Shown: positions 27,974-41,788, numbered from the stretch's first letter. The stretch is 64,000 bases of DNA from Marsupella aquatica (GCA_973895155.1 OZ316893.1:15530645-15594644); one strand, 5' to 3'. Program-made: numbers and translations. The notes: a model not told the origin generated them from the letters alone.

Positions 27974-28777
27974 TTGATCAACATGGCCCGGAATAATATT
28001 CGCTATGACACCTTCAAAGGGACATCTAAAGAGGATGCAGAGACCTACTTAAAGGAGTTTGAAGCTACTGCAATTTCAAATGGACATAGCCAAGACGCTG
28101 AGAAGGCAAGCATTTTTGGAGGACTTATGAAGAAAGGAGCACAAAAGTGGCATCATCGATTTTTAGATAAAAATGACTGGACAAAGACAAAAGCTGCATT
28201 TTTAGAGAAATACAAAGAAGATGGGGCAGCAGCAAGAGCCTTCACAAAAATTTCTTATTTAAAAATGAACAAGTATGGATCTGTTCGGAAATATGCAGAT
28301 AAGCTGGAAGAGTTAGTTGACAAATACAACCCGGCTACATCAAAATCAACAGTCAGAGATTGGTTCATAAATGGACTGCCATCTAGAATTGCAAGATATG
28401 TGAGAAGAGAAGGTGGAACCACATATGGAGAAGCTTTAGCTGCAGCACAGAAATATGTTGATTCAGAAGTGTCTGGAAAGAAAAGATTGAAAAAAGAGCT
28501 CAAGAAATATATTAAGAAGAAAAAGAAAAAGAAACTCAATTCTGAATCAGAATCCATGTCAGACGAGGGGAGTGACAACAGCAGTGAAGAGAACACTAAA
28601 AGGACAACACCTAGTTCTTCAAATGATGAAACCAGCTCTAGCTCTGAATTTGAAAAAGCAAAAACCAAGAAAAAGAAGCAAGTACCAGATATTTCCACAA
28701 TTTCACCAAAAGTTAAGCAAGTATACAAGTTGCTTGACAAATTGTCCAGTCAAGTATCAAACTTAATACACAATTGA
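27974..28777 (+). CDS. Gypsy-type Gag (retrotransposon capsid domain)
   Basis: FKGTSKEDAETYLKEFE..GAQKWH..WTKTKAAFLEKY..SVRKYADKLEEL..WFINGLP matches the retrotransposon gag pattern. Probable ATG at 27983. Confidence 0.85.
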   Translation: MINMARNNIRYDTFKGTSKEDAETYLKEFEATAISNGHSQDAEKASIFGGLMKKGAQKWHHRFLDKNDWTKTKAAFLEKYKEDGAAARAFTKISYLKMNKYGSVRKYADKLEELVDKYNPATSKSTVRDWFINGLPSRIARYVRREGGTTYGEALAAAQKYVDSEVSGKKRLKKELKKYIKKKKKKKLNSESESMSDEGSDNSSEENTKRTTPSSSNDETSSSSEFEKAKTKKKKQVPDISTISPKVKQVYKLLDKLSSQVSNLIHN

Positions 28778-28853
28778 AACCAATGTGCATTTCAAAGGCG
28801 ATTTAGTTCTGGTGGAAGACTTCAGAAAGGCTTGTGAGGGCACGGCGCCGCTT

Positions 28854-28863
28854 GAGGAGAGGG
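28854..28863 (+). promoter_or_regulatory. Polypurine tract
   Basis: GAGGAGAGGG, 3 nt before the 3' LTR. Confidence 0.8.
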
Positions 28864-28866
28864 CTA

Positions 28867-30849
28867 TGTAGATAGGCAGTAATTCCAAAGTCATGAAGAA
28901 AACCGGAAAATTTTTAAATTTTTGAAGTAGTTAAACTATATTTGCTGATAACTCGAGTAAACTAAACTCTGCCGAAGATTAAGAGTTTAAGAGTTGAAGA
29001 GTTGAAGTGTTTTAAGAGTTTACGGGTTTACGAGTAAACCCTACTTTAATAGTTTAAGAGTTTAAGAGTTGAAGAGTTGAAGTGTTTAATAGTTTAAGAG
29101 TTTAAGGGTTTACGAGTAAACCCTACTTTAAGACTTTACGACTTTAAGAGTTGCGACTTGCGAACTGGCGAGCCCCGCGATTGTGACAGGCTCGGCTAAC
29201 TCCAACGGGACTTTGCAACAAAACGAGGAGCAGGCCTTGAAGAGGGAAGGAATGCAAGACATAGGCGCTCATTACTGACTTCTCTTCCACCTTACCTCTC
29301 AAACTCTGCCCAGCTTCAACCGGTATTTCAGAGATGTCAAATGGAGACTTCGACCCTTCTATTCCAGGATGATGAATAGTGATGAGTTTCTGCATCACTA
29401 TCCCCAAGTATATGCTGCCACCTGCAACAACTATGATGTGATCGGGATGTACAGAGAAGCTCTTCGTATAGATTCATGTTATTTGATGAAGCGAATGCCT
29501 TTGATGTATCCTGAGAGACAACTAAGGTGCCTACCCTACTCTCGAGGATCACCACGTCAGACTGAGCTGATGGAGGTAACACAGAATCGGACTGTCACCT
29601 ACGTGGAGCTGCTCGAACCCGATGATATTCGACAACAAGCTTGAAGGAGACTATCTTTTTAGCTAGTATTGAAAAGTATAGTACTTTTACCAATTTTTCT
29701 AAATGTGTTCTAGAGCTTTAGAAGCTGTCATACTTCTTTAGGCTGTAGTCTGTACCTAGGAAACCCTGCTGGAAAAATTTCAGAGTTTTCCGAACCAGGA
29801 GTAGAAAGTTAAAAATAGTTGAATCTACTCAATTTTTAGTATACCGAAATTAAGAGTTTAAGAGTTTAAGTTTTTACGTTTTTAAGAGTTTAAGTTTTTA
29901 CGTTTTTAAGAGTTTAAGTTTTTAAGAGTTTAAGAGTTCATACTTAGCCATTTTTTCCGGCTTTCCACTTATTGAATCGTCGTTTTGACTTTTTGAGGGT
30001 TATGAAGAGGCATGTCTCTTCGACCCTGTGACCTCTTATTCTGTAGTTCATCACTATTTATACCTCTTCCCCTAGTGTAGAGAGATGGTTAAGTTTTGCA
30101 GTTTTGCCTCTCCCTTGTGTTAAACTAGTTGATCATGAATCTATGAGTTCGAGATCAGGTTTAACATTTGGAGAGACTTACCTCCTTCTTGTATTTTGGA
30201 ACCCAAATACTTGAAGTAAAACCTCAGTTATGAATCTCGTGAATTATAATGTCAGATTCCGCTTTGGTGACACATTGTAATCTCACAAGTTCTTAGAGTT
30301 AACTCATTGAGTTTAAGTTGCATTGGAAATGATGTTTTCACCTTCATGTTGCTTAGTACCATCTAAATGCTGAAGTATTTATCCTTTTAGATCTTGACTA
30401 AGTATCACTTAGGAAGAAAGGTCAAGACATGTTGCCAGCATTTTAAAAGGATACTCTAGTATGCAGTTTAGATCTGAAAAGCCGTGTGGATTTGGATTCC
30501 CTTTAAGTCATTCCATTATTACTTATGTCTAAGGAGTAACCTTGGTCTATTCCAGACTCCCTTAAGCATACTCTGAGAGATTTTTCCTTGTGTTTTGTTA
30601 ATTGCAATCTTTTGCTTAATTGAAGGTTATCTGATGTTGAGTTATCATCAAAAACTACTCACCGCTGTGGAGCGATCTTCAAAGTACCTAATTAAAGTAG
30701 TCAAGATTGATTACTATGTGTGACACAAGAGCTTAAAGCTTTGTTTTTAGTTTATTACATCAAACCAACCCCATCTTGTTCTTAAAGGGAACGAATACCG
30801 AGTTTGGAGACTTTAAAATGTGATTTTTGGTTCTCTATGGCAAACTACA
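28867..30849 (+). repeat. 3' LTR
   Basis: Copy of 23773-25755 at an offset of 5094. At least one mismatch seen (TACCTGATTA vs TACCTAATTA). Confidence 0.96.
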
Positions 30850-31704
30850 AGATGAAAGACTTACAACTTTACAACTTTTCATTCAATTAAAGGAGCACAA
30901 ACATTGACTGCTCTGGTTGTTGGACTGAAAGAATCAATGACTGAAGCATAAGAGAACAAGATAGCTTCCATGAATCCGGGCAAGAATTTCAGCCCTGGAT
31001 TGGAAACTAAAGGATGCAAAAGTTACAAGGTGGTACTTGCCAACATATATTGATATCTGGAATGAGATGTACTATGCTTGAAAAGCAGTCTTCAAGAGCA
31101 CATGCTTTGTGGAGTTTTCTTTAAACAAGTCAACATGCCTATACATGGCCTATGATGATAATAATGGTGAAATAGGCAACAACCAAATGATACCCTGGCC
31201 TCCATCATGTGCCTATAGGATGGATTTGAGAGCTTGGTAGCTGAGCCACAACAATTGGCAATTAAGAAGCTAAAACATGCCACAAGTGCAGTCGAGTCTA
31301 GTGGCCCCCTGATGCTATGTATTAGATTAAATTCAAAATAATCCTTCTGAATCCAGGAGTCAATGTCAACTGGTCCTGGGCTGCTCCTGGGGGCGCGTTA
31401 ACACTACCTACTCAGTAAACTGTATGCATGTTGACTAGAACCAACAAACTGTACTACATTTCCTTGCTATAAGTCAGATCTGATTGCTTTCCTCCAATTA
31501 ATGTACGTACTGTTACCGGTATGTCAAATGTCATATCTCAATTTCCTGAATCAATCTACCTACATGGAGTTCAACTGAAACAAAGAGCATCTATGAAAGC
31601 AGTGCCTAAATTGACTGTCCTGGACAGAGTACTTAAACCTGTGCTCATTCACGTCTCGACTCCTTTCAATCAACCATTGATTGAAAGCTGATTGTAGTTT
31701 GCTT

Positions 31705-32150
31705 CCTAAGGACTTGTCAAGTCCTTCATTCCAAAGAACCTAAGTCCTTTGAAAGGACATGAGTCCTTTCAAAGGAATCGGGTCCTTTAGTCCCTTGTAA
31801 AGGACCCGAGTCCTTCAAAAGCACAAGAGTCCTAGGGTCTAAAGGACTCAAGTCCTTCACTCCGAAGGACATGAGTCCTTCATAAGGACTGGAGCCCTTC
31901 AACCGTAAGGACTAAAGTCCTTTCAACCCTTTAGTCCTTCAAACCCAAGGACTCTAGTCCTTCAAATCCAAGGACTCTAGTCCTTCAAACCCAAGGACTC
32001 TAGTCCTTTGAACCCAAGGACTCAAATGCTTTGAAGTACTACAGTCCTTCAATCAGCAAGAATTTAGGACAAACAAGGACTCAACTCCTTTGTCAAGCAA
32101 AAGAGTAAATGGGCCACATTAATCAAGGTCCTTAGACCCAAGGACTTAAC
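31705..32150. repeat. AAGGACTC/GAGTCCTT short inverted-motif array (~22-bp period)
   Basis: Repeated CCAAGGACTCTAGTCCTTCAAAC-like units downstream of the Sola2-like transposase. The same motif occurs at 36660-36700. Confidence 0.8.
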
Positions 32151-32373
32151 ACAAATCACGAGACTCATGATAATAGCACTCTTACAATAAAATAGTTACA
32201 GTCTGACTAGTTGAAAGGGTCAAATAAGTGATAAAACAGTAGAAAGTCCTTGCCTTCTTTAGAACTCAATACCTTGCTCCCAATCATGACAGAAACTCAT
32301 GGGGAAGCTCTGGTCACAATGTTCACAATGAAACACCTAGACAGGTCAGGCCAGGGCTCCAATGTTCTAATTC

Positions 32374-35300
32374 CTAAACAAACTCCCTTGAACCAACTGT
32401 AACTTGCGAAGTTAAGGAAGCTATAATCGCTGCAAGTGTATCTCCGTCTAAGTTGTACCATCTGCTACCACCTTTTGTACCCGTACTCACCTCGCAAGGA
32501 GTCAAAGCAAATCTGATGTGAACGACAGACCTTGCATGAGTATAGCTTGAAGGTGCAGCAGCATTGTACACACATTTTGTTTCGCTCCTTGGGTTTGGTT
32601 GATACCAATGTCCCTTCAATGCTAAGTCACCTGCGTCAAACTCCACCTCATAATCATCCCTGAATTTCTTCTGAACTTTTTGCAGCACTGCCTCACATTG
32701 AAGGATGTAAAAATCAACATTCCACTTATTTGGTTGGTCAGCTTCCACAGCATAGAAATCACCCAGTGTGACCAACTCTGCCAACGAGCCTTCCTCCCAT
32801 TCAGAGCCCCCTTGCCCCACTCCAAAGCTCTCTATGTCAAGTCGAACATCACTTGGCAATACTCCTTTCACCATCTCAAGTTTAAAATGTCCTACCCACT
32901 CTATATTCTCACATTTGGCCGATTCGTCATCTACACAATGAGCACAGAAACAACAAAGCTCCCTCACTTGTAAAAGAGTTGAAAGACTTTTACTAAAACC
33001 ATCAAAGCAATGTAAAGTTCTACTTCCCTTGATCGGATCACAATCCCATTTCTTTCTGCGATTCACATCTTGTGCACCAATTTCCCAAAACATTCGCCTC
33101 ACCATTTGAACATCACCATACTCTTTCTCTTGGCCAAGCGCAAATTTGTCTTTGCAGAATGCAACTACGTCATATGCATCCTCTAACCGAGCGCCATGAA
33201 TTCCTTTCAACTGCTCCTTCTCAATTCCACTTTTGATGTGACCACCGAGAGCATCCTAAAATCAGTACACCAATTCAGCATCAGAGGTGAATGTATGTAC
33301 AACCTGTACAATGAAAAATGAAAAATTGTTCTACAAAGACATGCAGAGGAGCTAGAGCAAAGTTTAGAAACTCACAGGCTCAACACCTTTCCCATGTCCT
33401 GAAGCATGGAAGAACCACTTCATTCTAGCACCATGATGCTTGTAGTATCTTGAGACATAGTAGAATGGCCTGCAAGCCTTAAACTGTGAAGCCGCTCCAT
33501 CTGACCAAACCCAATGTTTATTGAATGCAATTCCTTCATCCTTCATCCATTGTGCATGTCAATCCATGCAGTGTTGCACAAACAGAGTGTCATGGGTATT
33601 GTCATCACTAATAGAAGTGATAATCAGCTATAATATCTCGAGTCCCACTGTCATCTTGTGCCATTTGGACAGACCTACCCACAGCAGCCTCAAGAGATGT
33701 GACATCTTCCCGATGGCGATAGGTGACATGTATCAGCAAGGTTATCTGCTTGTTATCCCAATGCTGAGTTTGGATCTCATTCTGAATCTTGAATGTATAA
33801 TTCTCAGAAAAATCTATAGAGGAGACTATAGTTCCCCTTGGAAATGTCTTCAAGCACAATTTGGACTGAACACCTTGCCAACGGGCTCTGAAATTATGAA
33901 TAAGAAAAGTCTTCATTGTACTTAATACCTGTAGCTTGAAATCTGGAAGAGAAGTTTTCTTGTGCACCATCCTCAATCGCCTCACTTTTTGCAGCGCACT
34001 TTCAGCGGTTCCTTTCTTCTTCTCCCTCTTGGTCTGAGCCTTCTCATCTAGGTCCACATACTGAAACCTGGACCAATCAACATAGAGCCTCTCTGTGATG
34101 TCCAGCTCCTTTTCACACCACACCAACTTATCAACTCCACATGAGTTACAACGCCCAAATATACATTATTTCTTGTGCCATTCCTGCCCCTCGCCTTTTG
34201 GACAAACTGCTCCCTCAATCCATTCTCGCACAAATGTAATGTGACTCTCATAAGCTACACAGGAAAGAACACCTTCTGAACTACATACGGAGCAATCACA
34301 AGTACAATCCTTAGGGTGGTGGTGTTTCCTGAACTTGTTGAGTGCCTCTTTCAAGAGATCCATCTCCACATGTTGTTTTGCAGTAACAAACATTTCGATC
34401 CTTCATAGTGCGGATGTAGTAGGGCTTCAGGTTAGAGAACGACCTGAGTCCTATTAAAGAAATTGCATTCCGCTCCAAGGTCCACCAATCACGGAATTTC
34501 ATAAAGAACTCAACCTGCAAGATGGGAGTAATGCGCAGATTAGACTTATGGCAGAATTGAAGACAAAATTCACAGCTTCAGGAAATGAAATTCATTGCCA
34601 CACAAGTAGATTCATTGAGTCTAAATATAGTCATTCCCTGTTCTCTAGATAATCAAATTCAACCAAAACCTAGACTCACAAAATGCAAACTGTGAGAGAA
34701 GTAAACAAAATAATTTACCTCTGTATCCTCAAGCCAATGCTTTTGATGTGTTTCATACTTGTTCACACCCACTCGGAATCTGGCTTCATCATTCTTACAA
34801 GGAGAAATGCGAGTGTGGGTCTCCCAAAACTTTTCCACAATGTGTCTGACTTCATCAGAAATCTTGTCACTGCGCACTTGTCTTTCCCCCATTGGATATT
34901 TGACTGATGCATCCTCATCTAGTTGTCTCCTCACTAGTGATGCTTTATGAAGGTTCTGTCGTTTGATGCCCAAAGCATTGGCCAATGAGGTCTGGTACCT
35001 ATTCCCTACTGTGAATTTTCCAACCAATGCTGTCAACAATGCTTGCTTTGTAGCTAGATGATCTTTCCGCCTAGCTATTTTTACTACTTGCAACGATTTT
35101 ATGAGATCCGCCACTGCAGCACCTACAGAGTTGTCCAACCTTGGGCAACCAAGTGCTGCGGGTTGATAATCCCTCAAAGAATTGTGCATCCAAAATCTCT
35201 GCAAGACTAATTTTTTTGCATGATCTACATTGAACTTCTCCATTCGATTCAATAGATCTCTAATTATCTCATGGACTAAAGCATCAATACACCTTCGCTT

Positions 35301-35882
35301 CCTATTGGGAGTTGGATTCACCTCACTGTTATTTGTGGTTTTTCTTTTCATCCTTGTGCTATACTGTTGCTTGTCCCAATATGCAACTCTTTTCCTCGAT
35401 GCCTCTTTCCTTCTGAATGTCGCAACCTTGTCTACATCAACAACCAACCCTACCTCGTCGGTACTACACCCGACTCATCTATTCAAGGTTTGGAGATGTG
35501 CTTCCTTTTGACTTATGCTCACATCCAATCTGGACAGCCTTTCCTTGTGTGCAGCCAATAGAGTCTGTAACGTAACGACATCTTGATGTGCCCGTGCAGT
35601 GATTTGAAGTGCCTCAATCTTGGCAGCATTCTCAAGCTCTGCACATTGTTGCTTCGCATGAAGAAGCAACTGCGCACCTTCTTCCTCTGCATCAGCAAGC
35701 AATTGTAGACCTTGCTGCTCAACTTCTTCCAACATGGATTGCTCAATTAGCACGACATATTTCTTCCTCTGCTCCTTCTCGTAGTAAACCTTGCGCCTTT
35801 GAAGATTTCGTGCTTCTCTCTTCTTTTGTGCCGATTCATCTTCTGCTTCACAAACGACCTTCACCATGATCTCATCGATCAA
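32374..35882 (-). pseudogene. Sola2-type DDD transposase, spliced and disrupted
   Basis: Motifs SIDFSENY..QTQHWDNKQIT, WVWSDGAASQFK, WFFHASGHGKG and DALGGHIK, plus Cys clusters. In-frame stops at 35475 and 34166, and frameshifts. Assignment to Sola2 is from remembered motif patterns. Confidence 0.75.
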
Positions 35883-36984
35883 CTTCTAATACTCAAAGAC
35901 TTGTACTCTATCAAATGCTTCGGGCGGGCCCGTGTACAGGGCTTTGTGATATCTGATGGAATTGAGTTGACTGATTGGAACCTGCATCGCAATGTGCGGG
36001 AGTTGTTAGATTGGAACCTGCGTTGCAATGTGCGGGAATTATAGTCTTCTTGGACTTAATTTCTTGCAAGGAAGTGTAGACTCATTTGCGCTCTTCTCAA
36101 TAGCTAGTAGGCTGAGCATTCACCGCACAATCAGGTCATTGCAATGCAATAGGTCCAACCAAATCTTTAGCGAAACATTTAAATCACAATGTGGCATACC
36201 TAATGCCTGTATGTGATTCAGCTTAAGATGATGAGTGCCTGCCGTGGAAGAGCACCCGGAGCCTCTCACTGATCAAATGATCAGCGCCTCCCTTCGGCGA
36301 GCATCTCAAGCCCGTAGTTGCACTTTCAGATGATGAGTGCCTCCCTTCAACCAGCCTGCGGAATCTTAATTTGAACTGAGCGCCTCCCATATATATCTAC
36401 GTACCAAGCTACCATTGCCAATTCCCTTCTGTCTTATAACTTAAGTTGCTTCTCCTTTCCATTTTCAGAATGCCAGGCATACGTCTATTTCACAATGCCA
36501 AATTTTGCTCAAGAGGCCTGTGATTAACTCATCGACATTCATTGATGTTGTGTCGCGGTTTCTCTATCATCAGTGACCAAAATCACCAACTCGCGTGGGA
36601 ATGTGCACGCACAAACTTCTCTCCTAAGACAAACCATTGTTTGTGATCTTGGGAAATTGTTGTGAGTCCTTTCTTGAGGACTCTCTCCTTTTGGGAGTCC
36701 TCGTATTCAAATTAATTCAAACAACGCACAAACCTCTAGGCAGTTAGCAACAATTCTGAATATCTGGCAAAGTAGTAGGACTCAAGCCTCGATAGGATCC
36801 TTGGCTTTCACGCTTTCCCAAGATGGACAGGATCCTTGGCATTCACGCTCTTCCATGTTTGACAGGCTCTTGTGCATTGTCATGCTTTCTCGTGACTAGG
36901 GAAATAAATTAAATATCTTGTCAAATTCAAATCTGACCGTAAGATTGACCCAAACAAATCTAGGCCATTCCATGTAACATTTGG

Positions 36985-37862
36985 TCATTCTTGGTATCCC
37001 ATGCGTATGTGGCCAAAGAGTCTAGTCCTTTTTGAGGAGAAAAAGGATATCCTTTTAGTACCCCTCAATCTTGCCATCCACCTCATCTGGAATGTGGGTC
37101 GCACCACAAATGGCATTGAAGTCGACCACGGGAGCGACAGGAGACAATGATGATCAAGAGAATGATATTGAGGAACAAGACGAGCGGGCGACGCAAAATC
37201 ATTTTTCGACTCTTCAAAAGTGTCGGAGAGCAATTGAAGATGGATTCAATTACTTTGACGACAAAGATCGGCTATGGTGGGGTCGTTTTTTTGACAAACA
37301 AAAAGTGATTCAGCACCACCTGAAACTTGCACAATGGAGTTTTGATTGGAGTTGGCCCAAGGTAAACGTACAGAGAGAACCTACGACCAATCCTACGGAA
37401 GTAGCAATGGAACCTATCTTGGTTGATAAAATAGTGGGTGTGAGGACAGTCATGTATTCCGGAAGTCGGAGAAAAGTCACGGAAATTGGAGACTTCAAGG
37501 ATCTAGAGGTGAATACTAAATTTGCAATGATATGTGTTGCTGCCCATTAGGATCCAAAGGGAAGACCATTCTGGATGGCAAAAGTGACTGAGATTCTCAC
37601 AAAAATTAATGACATCCACAAGCAAATTAAAATCACTTGGTATGCAATGGATTTGGAAGAGGAGTCTGCAATTGAAGGCAAATATTATTCGGAGAAAGAT
37701 GCTTCGTCTAACAAAGTACTGGAGGATGAGCTGTCCCTAGCAGAAACTGCAGTTTATGCGTATAACTTTGCGTTATTGGCAAATAGTACTCTCCCTGTAC
37801 AAACAAGACGAATCATTCAAAATGCAATGATGGACACTGTAGTCGTTGATAGTAGAAGCTAG
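36985..37862 (+). pseudogene. C-terminal remnant of a Sola-like transposase
   Basis: ORFs 37071-37550 and 37575-37862 are joined across a TAG. DPKGRPFWMAKV..IKITWY resembles the C-terminal domain of the 43426-47208 transposase (HFWLVRAL..VEWW). The catalytic part is absent. Confidence 0.5.
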
Positions 37863-38313
37863 TGTAAAGGTTTTAAGTTATAATGGTTATCGTTAAGCTA
37901 GTTATCAATCCCATGAGGATGATTGCAGTCGTGAACATCTGGGACTAAGTATGTTGTTCTCCGAAGCTATAATTATATCTTTTTTTGAATTGATTGTAAT
38001 GACTAACTAGCTAGAGCGTGGAATGCAAAGTCCGATAATATTATCGACAACTCCATTCCCCCAGCTAGAACATCGTGACAAATAAGGGAGTGGAATAGCT
38101 AGAGCGTGGAATGCAAAGTCCGATAAGTCCCCAGCTAGAACACCGTGACAAACAAGGGAGTAGAATGCAATGTCCGATAAATTTATCGGGTTCAAACGTA
38201 ATTGCGATAAATTTATCACACTCCATTCTCCGAATATTGAGAAGTGGGACTGACATAATCTAACATAACCTAAACTAACCTAACCTAACTATCATACAAC
38301 CAGATAACAATTC

Positions 38314-41300
38314 CTAATCCAGTAACATGTCATTGAGATCATCCTCATTAGGCGTTCTGGGAGGTTCTTCGGCTTCTTCTTCATTCTCGACCTCCTTCAC
38401 GACTTCAACAGTGAAAGTCAAAGTCCCCAATGTTCCCAATTGGCCTCCAATTGGTGGTTGAATCTCTAGACCTTCGCCGCCTTGCCCTTCAATTTGTGCT
38501 TCATCATATAAATTCCAGTTTGATTCTAGAGTCATAATCTGATGTCTCACGAAATCAATCTGCGCAGCACTTTTATCGATCGCACAACCCTGGCGAGAAT
38601 TGAGAAGAGCCGCAGCTAACATGGATCCGGTTCCGCGGCAAAGATCCATAACCCAGTCATTTTTCTCCGAGAAATGAGTAACGAACCAAGCACCCAAACC
38701 AACAGGCTTTTGGTACGGATTCACAACATAGCCCAACGGATCAACAGACTTTTTGGTTACACATGGAACCTTGATGATATTGATGCGAGACTCATCCGGT
38801 TGGAAATTGTACATGTTCATGTTCCGGATGCCTTCCTCGCTGTAGAATCCCATCGACCAGTTTTTGAAACCCCACGCCAATTGAGCACCGGCGGGACGCT
38901 CATGAATGTTGGTCTTCTCCCAAATTCCAGACTCAACCCCATAGTTGCACATAGTCTCGAGCGTAGACATGACCATATTTGTTTGCTGTAATGAATGGAT
39001 CACAACAAACCTCCACTGCTTAGCAGCTGTCATGTTCGAAAAACTTCTCACCATATCTACAACGTCCTTTTCCGTGAAGGACACTTCATCAAACTCCAAA
39101 CCAGGCGCATTAAAACCATACGGAATGTCGGCGACGGCAAGAGTGTAAGGTTTTGCCTCCACAAAAGAATCCAAAATTCGAACATCCCCAACATGGAGAT
39201 AGTAAGGGAAAGAATCTCTGTCAGCATTTTTCCATATTTGCTCCGCGGCTTCTCGTGCGTCCTCGCCTAGCGCCTGGAGCCGGTTGTACCGATCAATTGC
39301 AGCAAGCACAAAATTCTTGAACACATACGGGATGTCAGCGGAGGGAACAATAACCTCCCCCACCAAATTATATTGCACAAGCGGAACAACTTTATTTTTC
39401 CGCTTTGACCCAATCTTCAGTTGTAACAAAGGTCGCACAGAATTCCAATCAGAATGAAATCGCTTAACAAATACGAAAGCCATTAAAAATCTTGGGAATG
39501 AAACGAGTTATGCAAAAATGTACTGATGGAATGGCAAGGCCGATAAAAATCTCGCGATGATTTTTGAATGGAACGAGGAATGCAAAAATCTACTAATGGA
39601 ATGGCAAGGCCGATAAAAATCTCGGGGAGAGACGGGTGCTTACCGCTTCGCTCGACTTCTCTGCCCATGTTCCCAGGACGGAAACATCCGTCTCATTTGG
39701 AAACATTTCTCTGCACGTTGCCCAGTTGGGCTGCCCATATATCTACAAGAATAATTTCTTCACCTTGGAAAGTTTTTTCAGCTTTTCCCCTTCCTTGTGC
39801 ATTTTATCCAAGGTGATCACTTTCCCAATGACCCTATTCAAGAGCCGCTTAACATGCTCCTTAGTTGACTGTCCTTGAAGACCTCGAAAAGTATTTAAAT
39901 TGAGGTCACCTGCAAGTTTATTCATTTTAATCTCTTTCAGCGTTAAAGGTTTAACCTTTCCCTTTGCATTTGTTGTTGCCACGATCTTTTTGGGTTGTCC
40001 CAAGACAGTCCCCTTCTCCCACATCTGGAAAACTTTCTCCTGAAGATCCCAAATTTCACCCGTTCGAAAAGCAATCTGGAATGTTGGGTCATGTTTGGCC
40101 ATGCTGTCACGAACACCGGGAGTGTATTCCAGCATACATTCCTGACAACAAGCTTCGCAAACATCCTTGTTTGATCCTACATCCATTTCAACAAAGATAT
40201 TGTGGCACGCACGAACTCTGTCGATATGAGTCATGTTCTTCCTATACTCCTGGTCATAATTGTGCTGGAAGACCAACTTCCAGACCTCCGACTTGGTAAG
40301 TCCTGCGTATACCCAAGCTTCCAGCTCACCATAAATCTGCTTCCCATACATTTTATACAACTCGGCCTTTGCCCGAGCACCATGATTTCCTCCAATAATT
40401 CTATACTTCCATACTCTGGACTTTAGAATGTCCCAATCCTCGATTGTGGGACAATCCTCCGGATCCACACACAGCACAAACGGTGCGCTGAAGTTAGTGG
40501 GGTTTTTCCTTAGAAGAATCTTGATATTCTCCACATGCAATTTGTCCACTGGTCTGATCAAAGGTGACTTCTCTCCAGCTTCATCAAAAATTATATTGTC
40601 GACATGCAAGAGGACAGTTGTCCTTTGAACCCTTTGCTGCATCAGCAGACTGAGCTCCGCTTTGATGGCGTCAGTCTCATACATCGAAAGAACAGTCTCC
40701 TCCTCTTCATCAATCTAGAAAACGCCGTTTGAAATTAGATTACGAAAGAAACAGCAAGATTTTTATCGGAATCCTCTTTCGTCAATAGAAAATCAAAGTT
40801 TGGTAGCACTTACCGATCAAACCTCGGCTTGTATATCTGAACAAGGCAAACGCTCGTCAATCACCGGAGGCTCCATGTCGATCGGGGCTTCCACTCCTTC
40901 CGGGGCTGTGGATAAACTCCAGCCTGTTCTCTTTCTCTTAACGCTGACTCCAGAACCAGATGGCCCCGATCCCTCAGATCCTCTACTCTCGCTTATATTT
41001 ATGTAAGGCGCTTTCGAAAGGCCTATACCTGCACCGGCTGCATGACCTCGACGATTGCCGCTGCCCCTTCTCCCGCCCTCGGAGGGACCAGTAACATCTT
41101 CCCTGATGTTCCCTCTCCCTCTCCCTTTCCCCCTGCCACTTCCCTTCCCCTAACCACTTTTGGGCTCGTCCAAAGCCGTACCTCCAGCGCTTTTTGCCGA
41201 TGAAGCTCCACTCCCGTTAGAACCAGGCCTCTTAATAACTATTTTCCGGATGGGTCTGAATTATTCACCTATGAGCCTCTTGTACTCTGCATTCACCCTT

Positions 41301-41788
41301 GGTAGCATGATGAGATCACAATCTTGGACAAACTGGCACACCCAAGCTGGGCCCATAAGATTCATTACTTTTGCTGACCTAACTTCCGTGACAAGCGCGT
41401 CTTCAGGGTAACTCTCAAGGGATTTCTGAAGAAAGTTCTCCATGGTGACAATGACAGAGGTGAATCCCTTGCCTCCACACATTGTCAAGAAACTCAGACC
41501 CTCTTTCAACACTTTTGCCTCTCCCTGGCTAATCAAGTACTCACAGATCGCCACACCAACGACGGGGCCAAATGAGAGAGTAACCTTTGCAGATTTTTGC
41601 ATCTGGACCCAAAGGATAGGAGACTCACTGTCTGCCATATCCTTGGATTGTAACTTGGCATCGCGGAAGTACCACGGTTTCTTGATGAACTTGACCTCTT
41701 CACAAATGTCTTTGCTTGTCCAAATTGCGTTCGTGAGGCTTGTCATGAGACTTTCCTCGGCAGATCCACTCTTCCCACTAGGACCCAT
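38314..41788 (-). pseudogene. ParB-like + beta-class DNA amino-methyltransferase fusion gene, copy 1 (spliced, premature stops upstream; MTase exon open)
   Basis: Exon from ATG 41788. ParB/Srx-like exon 39743-40715 (IRPVDKLHVENI..YRIIGGNHGARA). MTase ORF 38314-39483 with LAVADIPYGF (DPPY-like motif IV), VNPYQKP and WVMDLCRGTGS (SAM-binding motif I), in beta-class order. GT-AG introns near 40813-40716 and 39643-39490. Confidence 0.8.

Larger units (their letters stand above)
23773..30849 (+). mobile_element. Non-autonomous gag-only Ty3/Gypsy-type LTR retrotransposon (TR-GAG-like)
   Basis: Two 1983-bp TG...CA LTRs, 5-bp TSD AGATG (23768-23772 and 30850-30854), PBS, PPT and a gag ORF. No pol. 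Confidence 0.95.

Noticed and set aside
38314-40684. Bacterial contamination or a restriction-modification/partition operon
   Set aside because: The genes have GT-AG introns and sit among plant TEs within TIRs, and there is no endonuclease or ParA partner.
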